Positions 8,431 to 20,981 of a DNA stretch of 35,444 nucleotides are shown here, piece after piece. Both the position numbers and the translations under genes were made by a program. Source of the DNA: an uncultured Planctomycetales bacterium (lineage in GTDB: Bacteria; Planctomycetota; UBA1135); contig CAZJGH010000002.1 in NCBI GenBank assembly GCA_964545405.1, forward strand, positions 1 to 35,444. Reading direction: 5' to 3'. Numbering within the stretch: position 1 is the first letter of the stretch; each line of letters starts with the position of its first letter. Below the pieces are notes generated by a model. The model ran no database searches. It was not told where the DNA came from and worked only from the letters and a program-made list of their open reading frames with translations.

Positions 8431-10641
8431 TTACATGAAAGGCTCGATCTGCAACTCCAGGGTCGAGTAGCCATCAAGTTCGAAATGCTCAACCGTGATC
8501 TGCTTGGGGTTCGAACCGACGACCTTGATGATGGCTTCATCGATGGTCGGTGCATGCCAAGTCCAGTTCTCGATCAGGGGCTTGCCGTCGACCAGGACCC
8601 GTACTCCATCGTCCGATCGCATGCGAAACTTCCACATTCCTGGGTTGAGCTGCAAGGAGCTGGTAGCGATGGTGCCGAAGGCTTCGCTGCCGACGACGGT
8701 CTCGATGCCATTCAATTGCGGCAAGCCACCGGGACCGCCCATCCCGTAGATCAGGTTCAACTGCTCGACAGGGAAGGTGACCGCTGAGTCACCCTTCGCC
8801 CCGGCTCTCCAGGTCTGCTCATCCTCACGTGGATCGCAAGGGGAATTGAACACCGTGACCTGCCAATCGGCGAGCAGGAACCAGCCGCTGGCGGTGAACT
8901 CATCAGAACTCGTGGTGGCGATGAGTTGATACTCCGCGTACCCATCGTCGTCTGCAACAACTGCCGCCCTCCCATCCTTGACCTCGAGTCGCAAGCCGAA
9001 TGCCGCGGCACCATCAGGGTCGGCGAAAGCGAACTTCACCTCAGTCCCGATGGGCAGCAAGTCATATTCATGGCGAGCGCCGACCTTGGACACTTGACGA
9101 AGCATCGGCGCTTGATGATCCCATGGCCCCCACTCGGTCATGATGATCGCTTCACGACCCCCCAAGGCATCAATCTCAAGATTCAACGGCGCCGAGTCCG
9201 CCAGTCGCTGCTTCACCGACTTCCATGTGCTCTTGGCCTTGACCCCACTATCCATGACCGCGAGCCAACTCGAATCGATGCCGACTTCGGTCGACAACTC
9301 AGTCTGGGAAGGGTGTTCATTGTCGTTGTGCTGCGCAGCCACATGACCACGCAAGTGAACCGCCAATCCGTCACCGGTGAATCCGTTGTTCACGATGATG
9401 TTGCCCGTCGCAGGCAAGCAATTCGCAATCCCCCAAGGTGTTTCAGTGAGGCCAGACGGAAGACTCCAAAGATGTATGCCACATTTCGTGCTGGCGAACA
9501 CATTGCCCACGATGACGTTATTGCGACTGTGGTCGATGTTCACTCCACCGCGCTCCAAGCCGTAACCGGCGTCGCCATTGGCTTGGAAAAGGTTGCCCTC
9601 GATCAGCGTATCTTGGGAGAAACCACCCCAGAAACCGCAAATGGCATTCGCCTTGAACAGGTTGTTCTCGATTCTATTGTCGAAACCGAAGGTCAACTCA
9701 AGGCCATGTGCCGCGGCGTAACTGAGGTCATTACCTCGGAACAAGTTGCCATTGTTGCCGCGGCGCTCATAGCTGAAGTCATCCGAGGGTGCTGGTGCCT
9801 GACCGAGTGCCTCCCGGCCGGAGAAGGCGAAGATGCCATCTCCCCCATGGGTCACTGAGTTGTCGATGAATTGGTTGTTCGAACATTGCTCGAACATGAG
9901 GATGCCGGCTGAATCCTGGCCGCGGTTGTACACGCCATGGCTGTAGCCCCGGATACAGAAATCGAAGTGGTTCCCCTCGATCAGGTTGTCGCTGCTGCGC
10001 CACATGGCCAACCCCCAGCCGGATAGGAATGAACAGTCGTTGGCTCGAATGACCGACTTGGCGACGCGATCAAGGATGATGCCATTCTGCTGCTCCCTCG
10101 CCTTGACTCCCTGGATGTTCACTCCAGCCGATCTTTCGACGCACAAGCCAGCACCGTAGTTCTTGCGCCATTGCTGCTCGTCGTTGTCATGTGGCCACAA
10201 CCAATCACCGGAGTCCTCTGCTGCAGGAGTCGACTTCAGGTGCTGTCGGAAGTTGTGATGGATGGACATCCCATCGACAGTCAGGTCGTCGCACGAAGTT
10301 GCCAAGACGCCACAACGAAATCCACTGACCTCAACATTGCTGAGGGTCACACCGCGATGCCCGTCGATGCGCACTCCGATGCCGGTAAGTTGATCACCGC
10401 GCGAATCGTTGGAGGCACCGCGCAGGACCGTGCCGGGCTCGAACTCCACATGGATGTGGTCGGCAGCCACATGCAATACGCCATTGCCGTCGCTATCCGT
10501 GATCACGACATTAGGGGCAATACGCACTAAACAGGAAGCCGTGATCCTCGTATTGTCCTTTGAGACCTCAAGAATCGGCAATTCTGGGGTCTGGAAACCA
10601 CTCACCCCCAGAACCGCAGCACTCAGCATGGCAACCAACAT
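8431..10641 (-). CDS. secreted right-handed parallel beta-helix repeat protein with C-terminal PA14-like domain
   Basis: 736 codons. Repeated N/G-rich beta-helix turns (...IEGNHF, FIDNSVTHGGDGI, FRGNDL, IENNLF, IEGNLF, VIVGNVF, IIVNNGF). The C-terminus WKFRMRSDDGVRVLVDGKPLIENW is PA14-like. Ends TAA. Confidence 0.7.
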   Translation of the reverse strand: MLVAMLSAAVLGVSGFQTPELPILEVSKDNTRITASCLVRIAPNVVITDSDGNGVLHVAADHIHVEFEPGTVLRGASNDSRGDQLTGIGVRIDGHRGVTLSNVEVSGFRCGVLATSCDDLTVDGMSIHHNFRQHLKSTPAAEDSGDWLWPHDNDEQQWRKNYGAGLCVERSAGVNIQGVKAREQQNGIILDRVAKSVIRANDCSFLSGWGLAMWRSSDNLIEGNHFDFCIRGYSHGVYNRGQDSAGILMFEQCSNNQFIDNSVTHGGDGIFAFSGREALGQAPAPSDDFSYERRGNNGNLFRGNDLSYAAAHGLELTFGFDNRIENNLFKANAICGFWGGFSQDTLIEGNLFQANGDAGYGLERGGVNIDHSRNNVIVGNVFASTKCGIHLWSLPSGLTETPWGIANCLPATGNIIVNNGFTGDGLAVHLRGHVAAQHNDNEHPSQTELSTEVGIDSSWLAVMDSGVKAKSTWKSVKQRLADSAPLNLEIDALGGREAIIMTEWGPWDHQAPMLRQVSKVGARHEYDLLPIGTEVKFAFADPDGAAAFGLRLEVKDGRAAVVADDDGYAEYQLIATTSSDEFTASGWFLLADWQVTVFNSPCDPREDEQTWRAGAKGDSAVTFPVEQLNLIYGMGGPGGLPQLNGIETVVGSEAFGTIATSSLQLNPGMWKFRMRSDDGVRVLVDGKPLIENWTWHAPTIDEAIIKVVGSNPKQITVEHFELDGYSTLELQIEPFM

Positions 10642-10708
10642 CCGAGCAGCCTACCAAAGCTGCCAAGCGTGTATTATTTAGCCATCGCCGCAGACGCGGT
10701 CCACCATC

Positions 10709-12019
10709 TTGATTTCAACTGTCCTCCTTGGCGCATCTGAAACGGCCAACCCCGTTTCCGCCGACTTCCTGTTCGTGGTGCCGTCTGTCCTGTTGGTACT
10801 CGGTGCTGTACTCGGTGGTTTGCGCACGCTGCTACAGAGCCCTGCGCGCCCACGCCTGATGGAAGGCATCAATGAAGCCACGGCGAATAAGGTCGAGGAA
10901 GCCATCCTCAAGCATCCTTCGCTGCCTGCCGCAGCCGGCTTGGCGCGCCTGTTCCTGCTCGCAGCGGCGGTGTTGCTGCTGGTCAACGCGGTAGATTCAC
11001 TCGACACCCTACAACGCTGGCCGGTCGGCCTCGGCCTGGGGCTTCTAGGTGGTATTGCGCTCGAGGCCTTCCCGGCGTTGATCCTGCGCCAACGAGCTCG
11101 ACGATTGGTGATCTCCACCTTGCCGCTGGCCATCGCACTGACCTTCATCCTGCGCCCCATCACCTTGATGCTCGAACGGGTGCTGCATGTGCTCGGGGCT
11201 GATTCAGGCGACAACCTGGCCGAGACCCTGACCGCCGAACTGATTGATGTGGCAGCTGATCACGATCGTGACGAGGAGCTCGGCGAAAGCGAGAAGCGCA
11301 TGATTGGTCGCGTCATCGACCTATCCGACGCCGATGCCGCCAGCACCATGACCCCGCGCACCGAACTCACCGCGGTGCCGGTCGGAACTTCCCTGCATGG
11401 ATTCCTCCAAGTAGCCCTGGAGGAGGGCCATTCGCGGATTCCGGTGTTCGCCAAGGACCTGGACGACATCCGCGGGGTGCTCTATCTCAAGGACCTGATG
11501 CGCGTCCAGCTGGCCGGCGGCGACCTGTCCACTGAGCTCGTCGAGAACTACATGCGCGAGCCTTACTTCGTGCCGGAAACCAAGGAAGTGCCGGACCTGC
11601 TCGACGAGATGCGCCTGAAACGAATCCACCTGGCAGTGGCCGTCGATGAATATGGCGGCACCGCCGGAGTCGTGACCATCGAGGATCTGCTCGAGGAGAT
11701 CGTCGGTGAAATCCAGGATGAGCACGATGAATCCGAGGAGACCGCACGGATGACCCAGCTCGATGACGGCACCATGGAAGTCGAAGGGCGGGTATCGATC
11801 TACGACCTCAACGAGGCATTCGACTCCGACCTTCCAGAAGACGAGGATTACGACACCATCGCTGGGCTGCTGTTCGATCGTTTTGGCCACATCCCGGTAG
11901 CGGGCGAGAAACTCGACATCGATGGCATCCACCTCGAGGTCCTTGATGCTGACGACCGACGCATCCATAGCGTGCGGCTCGAACGCCGTGTTTCCCTCGA
12001 TGGTGGCATTAAGGCGTGA
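10709..12019 (+). CDS. HlyC/CorC (CNNM) family transporter: DUF21 membrane domain + CBS pair + CorC_HlyC domain
   Basis: TTG start and four hydrophobic spans, followed by the CBS region (MTPRTEL...GHSRIPVF...IRGVLYLKDL) and LAVAVDEYGGTAGVVTIEDLLEEIVGEIQDEHD. Its TGA overlaps the recO GTG (GTGA). Confidence 0.8.
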   Translation: MISTVLLGASETANPVSADFLFVVPSVLLVLGAVLGGLRTLLQSPARPRLMEGINEATANKVEEAILKHPSLPAAAGLARLFLLAAAVLLLVNAVDSLDTLQRWPVGLGLGLLGGIALEAFPALILRQRARRLVISTLPLAIALTFILRPITLMLERVLHVLGADSGDNLAETLTAELIDVAADHDRDEELGESEKRMIGRVIDLSDADAASTMTPRTELTAVPVGTSLHGFLQVALEEGHSRIPVFAKDLDDIRGVLYLKDLMRVQLAGGDLSTELVENYMREPYFVPETKEVPDLLDEMRLKRIHLAVAVDEYGGTAGVVTIEDLLEEIVGEIQDEHDESEETARMTQLDDGTMEVEGRVSIYDLNEAFDSDLPEDEDYDTIAGLLFDRFGHIPVAGEKLDIDGIHLEVLDADDRRIHSVRLERRVSLDGGIKA

Positions 12020-12771
12020 AGCGTCGACGTAGTCCGGCGATAGTGTTGCGGCGCTGGCCGTACTCCGAGAACTCGATGGTGGTGAGAGTGCTGACTCCAG
12101 AGCTTGGAGCGATCTCCTTGCTGGCGAAGGGAGTAAACCGCCTGAAGAGTGGCTCGCTGGGAGTACTCGACACTTGGGCGCTGGTCGAGGTCGAATTCGG
12201 CGGACGAGATGGCGCTGAGATGCTCAACCTGTACTCCTGCGAATTGCTCGACCGCATGTCTGGGCTAGCCACTGAGCAACCCCGCCTCGTCGTCGCGGCA
12301 ATCCTCGCTGAACTGGCCGAACTTGGCTCCCCCCCAGGCCAGTCGGCGGCACCACTTTTCTTATGGCTCCAGTCCAACCTTGAGCGCCTTGCCTGCGGCG
12401 AGCCGACCTTCTCCCTACTCGCAGCCGCAACGCTTAATTGCCTGTCTGAAATAGGCTTACGCCCGAATCTTGAAGTTGCAGAGGGGCCTAGTCACGGCTC
12501 AAAGCTTTGGTTTTCACCCGCTTCCGGCGGGGTCGTGGCCCCAGCAGATGGGATTCGGCCAGATGCCCACTCCAGGCCGATCTCAGGCACGACTCTCGAC
12601 CTCCTCAAGAGACTCCGCGACTACCCAGAAAAGCACTCTGACGCGGACTGTGGGGAAGTCGACCAATGCCTTACAATCTTGGGCGATTTCCTGCACTACC
12701 ACCTGGAACGCCCACCCAAGGCGTGGCACATGCTGCACCGCCACCTTGCACGCACCCCTAGTTGTCCGTGA
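12016..12771 (+). CDS. recO: DNA repair protein RecO
   Basis: The N-terminus PAIVLRRWPYSENSMVVRVLTPELGAISLLAKG is the RecO OB-fold signature. 251 codons; GTG start overlapping the upstream stop. Confidence 0.75.
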   Translation: MKRRRSPAIVLRRWPYSENSMVVRVLTPELGAISLLAKGVNRLKSGSLGVLDTWALVEVEFGGRDGAEMLNLYSCELLDRMSGLATEQPRLVVAAILAELAELGSPPGQSAAPLFLWLQSNLERLACGEPTFSLLAAATLNCLSEIGLRPNLEVAEGPSHGSKLWFSPASGGVVAPADGIRPDAHSRPISGTTLDLLKRLRDYPEKHSDADCGEVDQCLTILGDFLHYHLERPPKAWHMLHRHLARTPSCP

Positions 12772-13694
12772 AGCTCATCTACATTAATTTCCTTGTTGCC
12801 GCGCTGGCATGCTCATGCTCCGGTCCCGCGCAACAACTGTCCATCCACGATATTGCCGAGGCCAAGGTCCTCGCCGAGCAAGGTAACTACGATGCCGCCG
12901 ATGACATGCTCGATGGCTTCAACGTCGAGGATTTCGACCTAGCCACGCAGCTCGACTTCAACCTCTTGAAGGCACAGATTGCCGACGCACAAGACGACTG
13001 GAACACCGCCATCCGCTATTACGAGGCATACATGACCCAGGTCGGTCCCGCCGACAATGCCCGTAATGCTGAGCAGAGGCTTCTCGACTATGGCACGCAG
13101 CTACTCGATGGTGAGCTGCGCTTCATGTGGATCTTCACCGACCGCAGCCGGGGTGTACTAACCCTCGAGAACTTGGCGCTGCTCGGAACCACTACCAGCC
13201 GGCGCGCCGAAGCGATGGCCCGCGTGGCTGAATACCATTACTCCGAACAGGATTATGATGAGGCGCAGGTCTTCTACGCCGGCTTACTGCAGCCACAGTT
13301 CGCAGGTTTAGGCTGGGAAGATAGTGCGACTTTCCGTTTCGCGATGTGCTATTTCCGTCTGGTCAACGCCGACAAGTTGAGTGGCACTGGAATCATCTTC
13401 GCCATCGACCAACTCAATGCCTACCTCGAGACTTTCCCAGGTGGTCTGCATCGAGTCGAGGCTGCACAGCACGTCGAGACCTCACGCGACCTGCTCTCGC
13501 AATACCACCTGTCGGTCGGCGACTACTACCGACGTATCGGCAACCTTGATGGCGCCCATCACCACTACTCCTTAGGTGCAGGCCGTATCTCCTTGGGAGG
13601 TGCGTCCGTTTCCGAGCTGGTGAAGGACACCCCTACTGCCACTGTCAACGCCAACCGCCTGGCCCTGCTGCCACCGCGGACCTCTGACTCCTGA
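12762..13694 (+). CDS. bamD: TPR-containing outer-membrane assembly lipoprotein, BamD (YfiO)-like
   Basis: Hydrophobic N-terminus KLIYINFLVAALACSCSG; the likely start is the GTG at 12768. Helical-repeat body with a C-terminal LLSQYHLSVGDYYRRIGNLDGAHHHY resembling the BamD C-terminal TPR. Sits next to the lptE-like gene. Confidence 0.5.
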   Translation: MSVKLIYINFLVAALACSCSGPAQQLSIHDIAEAKVLAEQGNYDAADDMLDGFNVEDFDLATQLDFNLLKAQIADAQDDWNTAIRYYEAYMTQVGPADNARNAEQRLLDYGTQLLDGELRFMWIFTDRSRGVLTLENLALLGTTTSRRAEAMARVAEYHYSEQDYDEAQVFYAGLLQPQFAGLGWEDSATFRFAMCYFRLVNADKLSGTGIIFAIDQLNAYLETFPGGLHRVEAAQHVETSRDLLSQYHLSVGDYYRRIGNLDGAHHHYSLGAGRISLGGASVSELVKDTPTATVNANRLALLPPRTSDS

Positions 13695-14210
13695 TGCCTA
13701 CCGGCTCACCACGTGCCATACTCCTGTTGCTGATCGCTGCATGCTTTGCATCTTGCGGTTACAGGATGGTGCGTCCGGACGTCGGCGGCGGCCGCAGCGT
13801 GGCGATACCGACGGCCACCAACACCAGCAGCTGGCTAGGGCTTGAAGCCCCCCTGACCAAGGGGGTACGAGCCGACATGCAACGCCTGTTAGATATTCGC
13901 CTTGGCTCTGGCACTGACTCCGAATTCGTCCTAAAGACGGATATCTCCGACGTCGGCCGCAGCTCACGCCTGGCCTTGCGTTCTGGTGGTGCTGCAGTCG
14001 GTATCGCGACCATCGAAGTGCACTGGCAGCTTGAAGAGATGAGCGGCACCATGATCGGTGAAGGCGACATCCGCCGCTCGCTCGAATTCCTCACCTCTCT
14101 TGATGAGGACGCGTACTCAGCATTTGATGAACTAATCGCTGAGATTACGCAACAGATCGCCCTTGAAGTCGGTACTGAACTGGAACAACTGACAACACCG
14201 CGGAATACGA

Positions 14211-14221
<11 letters not shown>
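13694..14221 (+). CDS. lptE: LPS-assembly lipoprotein LptE-like
   Basis: Signal peptide with lipobox LLLLIAACFASC followed by GYRMV (compare CGFHLRG in LptE). About 175 aa. The ATG overlaps the upstream TGA (TGATG). Confidence 0.45.
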
Positions 14222-16523
<2,302 letters not shown>

Positions 16524-16536
16524 TAGACTGCCTCCC

Positions 16537-17655
16537 ATGGTGAAGCCGTGGGAGCTGCCTTGGGCCGATGCGCCACACCAAGCGATACCGCTTGATGGTG
16601 GCACGTGGCGTGGACCAGCGCCATTGAGTTCGATATGCCAAGGCGCGTTGGCGTCGATGGGAGTCAGGTTTCTCGGTTCACTCGCCGACGCTTCCGCCCA
16701 CTATCGACTCGATCGCGCTGCCGAACTCAGCACCGACATCGAATACGGCGACCTCGAGAACCCGGCCTACCGCTCCGGATGGATTGCCGCGCGGTTGGCT
16801 TCCGGTCACCGCGCGATGTCCCACCCACCTGCGGCACCCAAGCTGATGGGCATCCTCAACCTGAGCACGGATTCATTTTCCGATGGCCAGGTTGCCCTTG
16901 GTTCAGGATTCGACGTCCTTTATCGAGCCCAGTGCCTGCTGGCCGAGCAAGCTGACATCCTCGACCTCGGCGCGGAAAGCACTCGGCCAGGGGCGGCAGC
17001 CGTGCCTGATGAGCAACAGTTGGCTCCCCTACTCCCGGCGATCGAACAGCTCCTCCAGCTTGGCGTACCGATCTCCATCGACACTCGCAGTGCCGTCGTC
17101 GCGGCAGCCTGCTTGGATGCTGGTGCCCACATGATCAACGATGTCAGCGGCTTCAGCGATCCAGACATGGCGCCACTGATCGCCGCACGCCAATGCCGAG
17201 CTTTCGCGATGCACATGCGTGGCACTCCTGAGGACATGCAGGACCATTGCAACTACCGCTTCATGCTAGGTGAGATTGCCGACGACCTTATGGGCATCGC
17301 CTGCCGAGCCTTCGACTCCGGCATCGAATACCGACAACTGGCCCTGGACCCTGGGATCGGATTCTCGAAGACCGCAAGCCAATGCCGTGAACTGATCGCC
17401 AACCTCGGGTCACTACGAGCGCTGGGCCTACCGTTATTGGCCGGTCCATCACGCAAGTCCTTCATGTCCGACCTGCTGCCACATTGCCGACCTGACCAGC
17501 GTGATGGCGGCTCAGCTGGAGCAGCGGCGCTGTGTGCCGCCCAAGGTGCCAGCTTCATTCGTCTTCATCGCGGCGGCAGTTCCTGGGATGCCGTACGGGT
17601 CGCTGCAGCTTGCGCTTTCCCAAGCAATCACCCTGAGGAAGTCCTGCACACATGA
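16537..17655 (+). CDS. folP: dihydropteroate synthase with an N-terminal extension of ~100 aa
   Basis: Pterin-binding domain motifs GILNLSTDSFSDG, ILDLGAESTRPG, ISIDT, INDVSG and DPGIGF. The first ATG downstream of the ftsH stop is 16537. An alternative start MSHPP... lies about 95 codons later. Confidence 0.85.
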   Translation: MVKPWELPWADAPHQAIPLDGGTWRGPAPLSSICQGALASMGVRFLGSLADASAHYRLDRAAELSTDIEYGDLENPAYRSGWIAARLASGHRAMSHPPAAPKLMGILNLSTDSFSDGQVALGSGFDVLYRAQCLLAEQADILDLGAESTRPGAAAVPDEQQLAPLLPAIEQLLQLGVPISIDTRSAVVAAACLDAGAHMINDVSGFSDPDMAPLIAARQCRAFAMHMRGTPEDMQDHCNYRFMLGEIADDLMGIACRAFDSGIEYRQLALDPGIGFSKTASQCRELIANLGSLRALGLPLLAGPSRKSFMSDLLPHCRPDQRDGGSAGAAALCAAQGASFIRLHRGGSSWDAVRVAAACAFPSNHPEEVLHT

Positions 17656-18470
17656 GTATGTTCACGCTCACAGACGCCATCGAGATCATCCTCTTGGCGG
17701 TCGCTATCTACGGGATTTTGCGTTTCATCCGCAGCACACGGGGAGTTGGCGTGCTGCGTGGATTGTTCACCTTCACCATAGCCTTGGTGATGATGATCTG
17801 GCTGCTCGACAAGTTCGCTCCAGGCGGTGTCGACGCGATCAAGTACATCATGGATGCCGTGATCCCGTACTTCGCATTGATCATCGTGATCCTGTTCCAG
17901 GAGGAACTGCGCCATGGCATCAGTCGTTTCGGCCACAGCGGACTCTTGAGGTTGGGTGGCAACACCGCTGAATCGCCGACTGAGTTGGCGAAGATAGCTA
18001 CTTCGGCGAAGCGCCTCGCCAACCAAAGAGTCGGTGCCCTGATCGCCTTCCAACGGAACGTGTCGCTTAAGCCTTTCAGCGAAGGGGCCGTCGGCCTTGA
18101 CCTGCCCATCACTTCCATCCTCATGGAAACGATCTTCTTCCCTGGCGGGCCGCTTCACGATGGCGGCTTGGTGGTGAAGGGTAAACGGATCACCGCTGCT
18201 AGTTGCGTGTTCCCATTGACAGCCAACCCTGACATCGCCAGGCGCTTGGGCACCCGTCACCGAGCTGCACTCGGGCTATCCGAGAGGACCGATGCCGTGA
18301 TCCTGGTGGTCAGCGAAGAGACCGGTGAGATCTCGCTGGCCGCGGATGGCGTTCTGCACAAGCCGATTCCACAGGACATGCTGGAGAAACGCCTCAGTGA
18401 GCTATTGAAGACAGAATCGAAGATAACCGCCGAGGATCACGAGACCGTCAGCGTGGAGATGGGCGCATGA
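17652..18470 (+). CDS. cdaA: diadenylate cyclase CdaA (DisA_N / DAC domain, three N-terminal TM helices)
   Basis: DAC motifs GALIAF, LHDGGLVV, GTRHRAALGLSE and VVSEETGEISLA. ATGA overlaps with both folP and the downstream gene. Confidence 0.9.
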   Translation: MSMFTLTDAIEIILLAVAIYGILRFIRSTRGVGVLRGLFTFTIALVMMIWLLDKFAPGGVDAIKYIMDAVIPYFALIIVILFQEELRHGISRFGHSGLLRLGGNTAESPTELAKIATSAKRLANQRVGALIAFQRNVSLKPFSEGAVGLDLPITSILMETIFFPGGPLHDGGLVVKGKRITAASCVFPLTANPDIARRLGTRHRAALGLSERTDAVILVVSEETGEISLAADGVLHKPIPQDMLEKRLSELLKTESKITAEDHETVSVEMGA

Positions 18471-19615
18471 GACAAGCCATCGAATTCCTCATCAACGATT
18501 GGCGCCGCAAACTGGTCGCACTGGCCATCGGGTTCGCGCTTTGGTCATGGATCGAAGGACGCATCGCTGTCGAGCGCGAAGTCATCCTTAGCGTCGCCTC
18601 GACCTCAGAAGACATCGGCACCCCAGCCGACTTCGAGCTGTTGATCCAGGCCCCAGATGGATGGGTGCTCACCGAACCGATGATCGGCCAACCGATCACG
18701 GTGTGGTTGAACGGTTCAGAATCAGAGTTGCAGAGCTTCGCCACCCGCCAGTGCGCAGCAAGCCTCAAGGTGGATTTCTCAGCGCCACCGGCTACCCAGG
18801 TATCGGTGACGATCCCGATCGGCCCGGAAGAGCTCGACTGGTTGCGCCCACGCGACGCGGAGCTGTTGCTCAAGAACGTCCCCGAAGACAAGAAGTACCT
18901 CAAGGAGCTGGTATTCCAGCGGGTCAAGTCCGAGACCATCCAGTTGTCGTCACGTGACATAGACTTGATCGGGCAACCATCTGATGCATGGATGGTCAAG
19001 CGGGACGAACTCCGCTTCGAACCCAATACGGTCACGATTACCGGTCCTCAACGCGCCGTCACCAGGCTGCGGATGAGGATTGACGCTGCCAAAGCCGATC
19101 CCACCGGCGATCCGTCGAGACTCCTCAACACGTTCGAGATTCCTGGTGGCACGCGGACCAACGTCAATCGGATGCAGTCACTCCACCTGGATCTGCAGCG
19201 CGAAGGCATCCGGATGGATCCACCAGTAGTGAAGGTCTTCGCTGACATTCGGATGCGCAATCCCGTCAGCCTCACCCTCAACCGCGCTTTCGACGACCTC
19301 CACATCCTGCCGGCGACCGACATGTCCGCCTGGAGCCGCGGCTCATGGGAACCGCAACCCTGGGTCGTCGAGATGCCTGATGTCGAAGGCGACGACGAGG
19401 TCATCAACGAGAAATGGATTACCGATCACGTGATCCTGGTCCTGCCGCTGCACCTGCTAGACACCACGCTCGCCACCGAGCTCAACGTTCGGATCGAGCC
19501 GCACATCTTCGGGTTCGAGTCGGAAGAGAAGCAGAGGTTCTACGAACAGCACCTGATAATCCGACCACAGACCCCCGGTGGCGACCTAATCCCGTATAGC
19601 AAGTCCAATGAGTAA
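18467..19615 (+). CDS. cdaR: YbbR-domain protein, CdaA regulator (CdaR)-like
   Basis: N-terminal TM (KLVALAIGFALWSWI) followed by a beta-rich repeated body. Sits in the conserved position between cdaA and glmM. Start/stop overlaps on both sides. Confidence 0.55.
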   Translation: MRQAIEFLINDWRRKLVALAIGFALWSWIEGRIAVEREVILSVASTSEDIGTPADFELLIQAPDGWVLTEPMIGQPITVWLNGSESELQSFATRQCAASLKVDFSAPPATQVSVTIPIGPEELDWLRPRDAELLLKNVPEDKKYLKELVFQRVKSETIQLSSRDIDLIGQPSDAWMVKRDELRFEPNTVTITGPQRAVTRLRMRIDAAKADPTGDPSRLLNTFEIPGGTRTNVNRMQSLHLDLQREGIRMDPPVVKVFADIRMRNPVSLTLNRAFDDLHILPATDMSAWSRGSWEPQPWVVEMPDVEGDDEVINEKWITDHVILVLPLHLLDTTLATELNVRIEPHIFGFESEEKQRFYEQHLIIRPQTPGGDLIPYSKSNE

Positions 19616-20978
19616 CCCGCGATTATTCGGCACCGATGGCATGCGTGGCAAGGCAGGTATCTACCCGCTGGTTCCGGAGCTGCTGGAACGCCTCGGCTTC
19701 GTGTTAGCCACTCGAATCCATGTCGACGACCCCGACATGCGCGATGTTCGACACCGCGTCCTCATCGGTCACGATGGACGCGAAAGCGGTGAGACCCTGG
19801 TTGCAGCGATCGCCGCTGGGCTCACTCGTGGCGGTATCGATGTGGATGTGGTTGGGCTCGCCCCTACCCCGTGCATCGCTTACCTCACCTTCTCCGGTCC
19901 CTATCAGGCTGGCATCGTCATTTCTGCTTCACATAATCCCGCTGACGACAACGGGGTGAAACTATTGGGTCGCAATGGCACCAAGCTGGCTGACGCCCTT
20001 GAGGAAGAACTCGAGTCGGCACTTCTGCATGATGAGGAACTGGCTGACGCTAAGCATCAGGGAGAAATCTCAAGACGCAAGAACCTGGTCGCTGATTACA
20101 TCGATTGGTTGAGAGGAGAGGCTTTCCCTGATCTCGACCTCAGCGGCACTCGAGTACTTATTGATTGTGCCAACGGCGCTGCCTCCGAGCTTGCCCCGCG
20201 TGTCCTGAAGGCCTTCGGGGCCGAGTCCGTCCTTATCCATGACCACCCTGATGGCCGCAACATCAACGCCGACTGCGGAGCCTTGCACCCTGAAGTCGCC
20301 GCCGCAGCTATTGCTGGCAGTGGTTGCGACTTAGGCCTCAGTCTAGATGGCGACGCTGATCGTGGCATGCTGTGCGACAGTACCGGTCGCATCCTCGATG
20401 GCGACGCGATCCTGGCCGGCTTAGGCGAATCCATGTGCCGCAATGGAGAGTTGAAGGACAACACGGTCGTTGCCACAGTGATGAGCAACTTAGCCCTGGA
20501 ACAGCGATTGACGGCGGCAGGAGGCACTTTGTTGCGTGCTGCAGTGGGCGATCGCTACGTCGCAGCGATGATGCGTGAGGGTGACTTCCAGCTCGGCGGC
20601 GAGAAGTCAGGGCACATCCTCTTCGGAGATGATCACGGCTTCCGCGGCGACGGGATCTATACCCTGCTGCGTGTCCTTCAGGTCATCAATCGTGATGGTC
20701 TTAAACCTGAGGAGTTCGCTGGCGGCTACGAGGACCTGCCTCAGAAGCTCGTCAACCTTCCCGTGACCTGCCGCAAATCTCTCGATGATATGCCACATCT
20801 ATCGGCTGCCTGCGCGGCCGTCGATGCTGAGTTGGGCGAACGTGGCCGCACTGTGGTCCGATTCTCGGGAACCGAACTGCGCCTGCGCTTGATGGTCGAG
20901 GCCACCTCAATCGACTTGGTCGACACCGCCCTCGAACAACTCGAGGCAGCCGTGCAGCAAGAGAACATCCTGGCTTAA
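19608..20978 (+). CDS. glmM: phosphoglucosamine mutase
   Basis: FGTDGMRG N-terminus, active-site SASHNPADDNG, DGDADR metal loop and GGEKSGH. 456 codons. Ends TAA. Confidence 0.95.
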   Translation: MSNPRLFGTDGMRGKAGIYPLVPELLERLGFVLATRIHVDDPDMRDVRHRVLIGHDGRESGETLVAAIAAGLTRGGIDVDVVGLAPTPCIAYLTFSGPYQAGIVISASHNPADDNGVKLLGRNGTKLADALEEELESALLHDEELADAKHQGEISRRKNLVADYIDWLRGEAFPDLDLSGTRVLIDCANGAASELAPRVLKAFGAESVLIHDHPDGRNINADCGALHPEVAAAAIAGSGCDLGLSLDGDADRGMLCDSTGRILDGDAILAGLGESMCRNGELKDNTVVATVMSNLALEQRLTAAGGTLLRAAVGDRYVAAMMREGDFQLGGEKSGHILFGDDHGFRGDGIYTLLRVLQVINRDGLKPEEFAGGYEDLPQKLVNLPVTCRKSLDDMPHLSAACAAVDAELGERGRTVVRFSGTELRLRLMVEATSIDLVDTALEQLEAAVQQENILA

Positions 20979-20981
20979 GTC

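Noticed and set aside
8926-9858. 310-aa plus-strand ORF inside the beta-helix gene. Similar long antisense ORFs lie at 11321-11968, 15002-15814, 15651-16382, 17628-18260, 25389-26234 and 27842-28519.
   Set aside because: These are shadow ORFs typical of GC-rich DNA. Their translations are Arg/Pro/Ser/Ala-rich and low-complexity, each lies wholly antisense to a gene with clear family motifs, and the GC3 bias favours the opposite strand.
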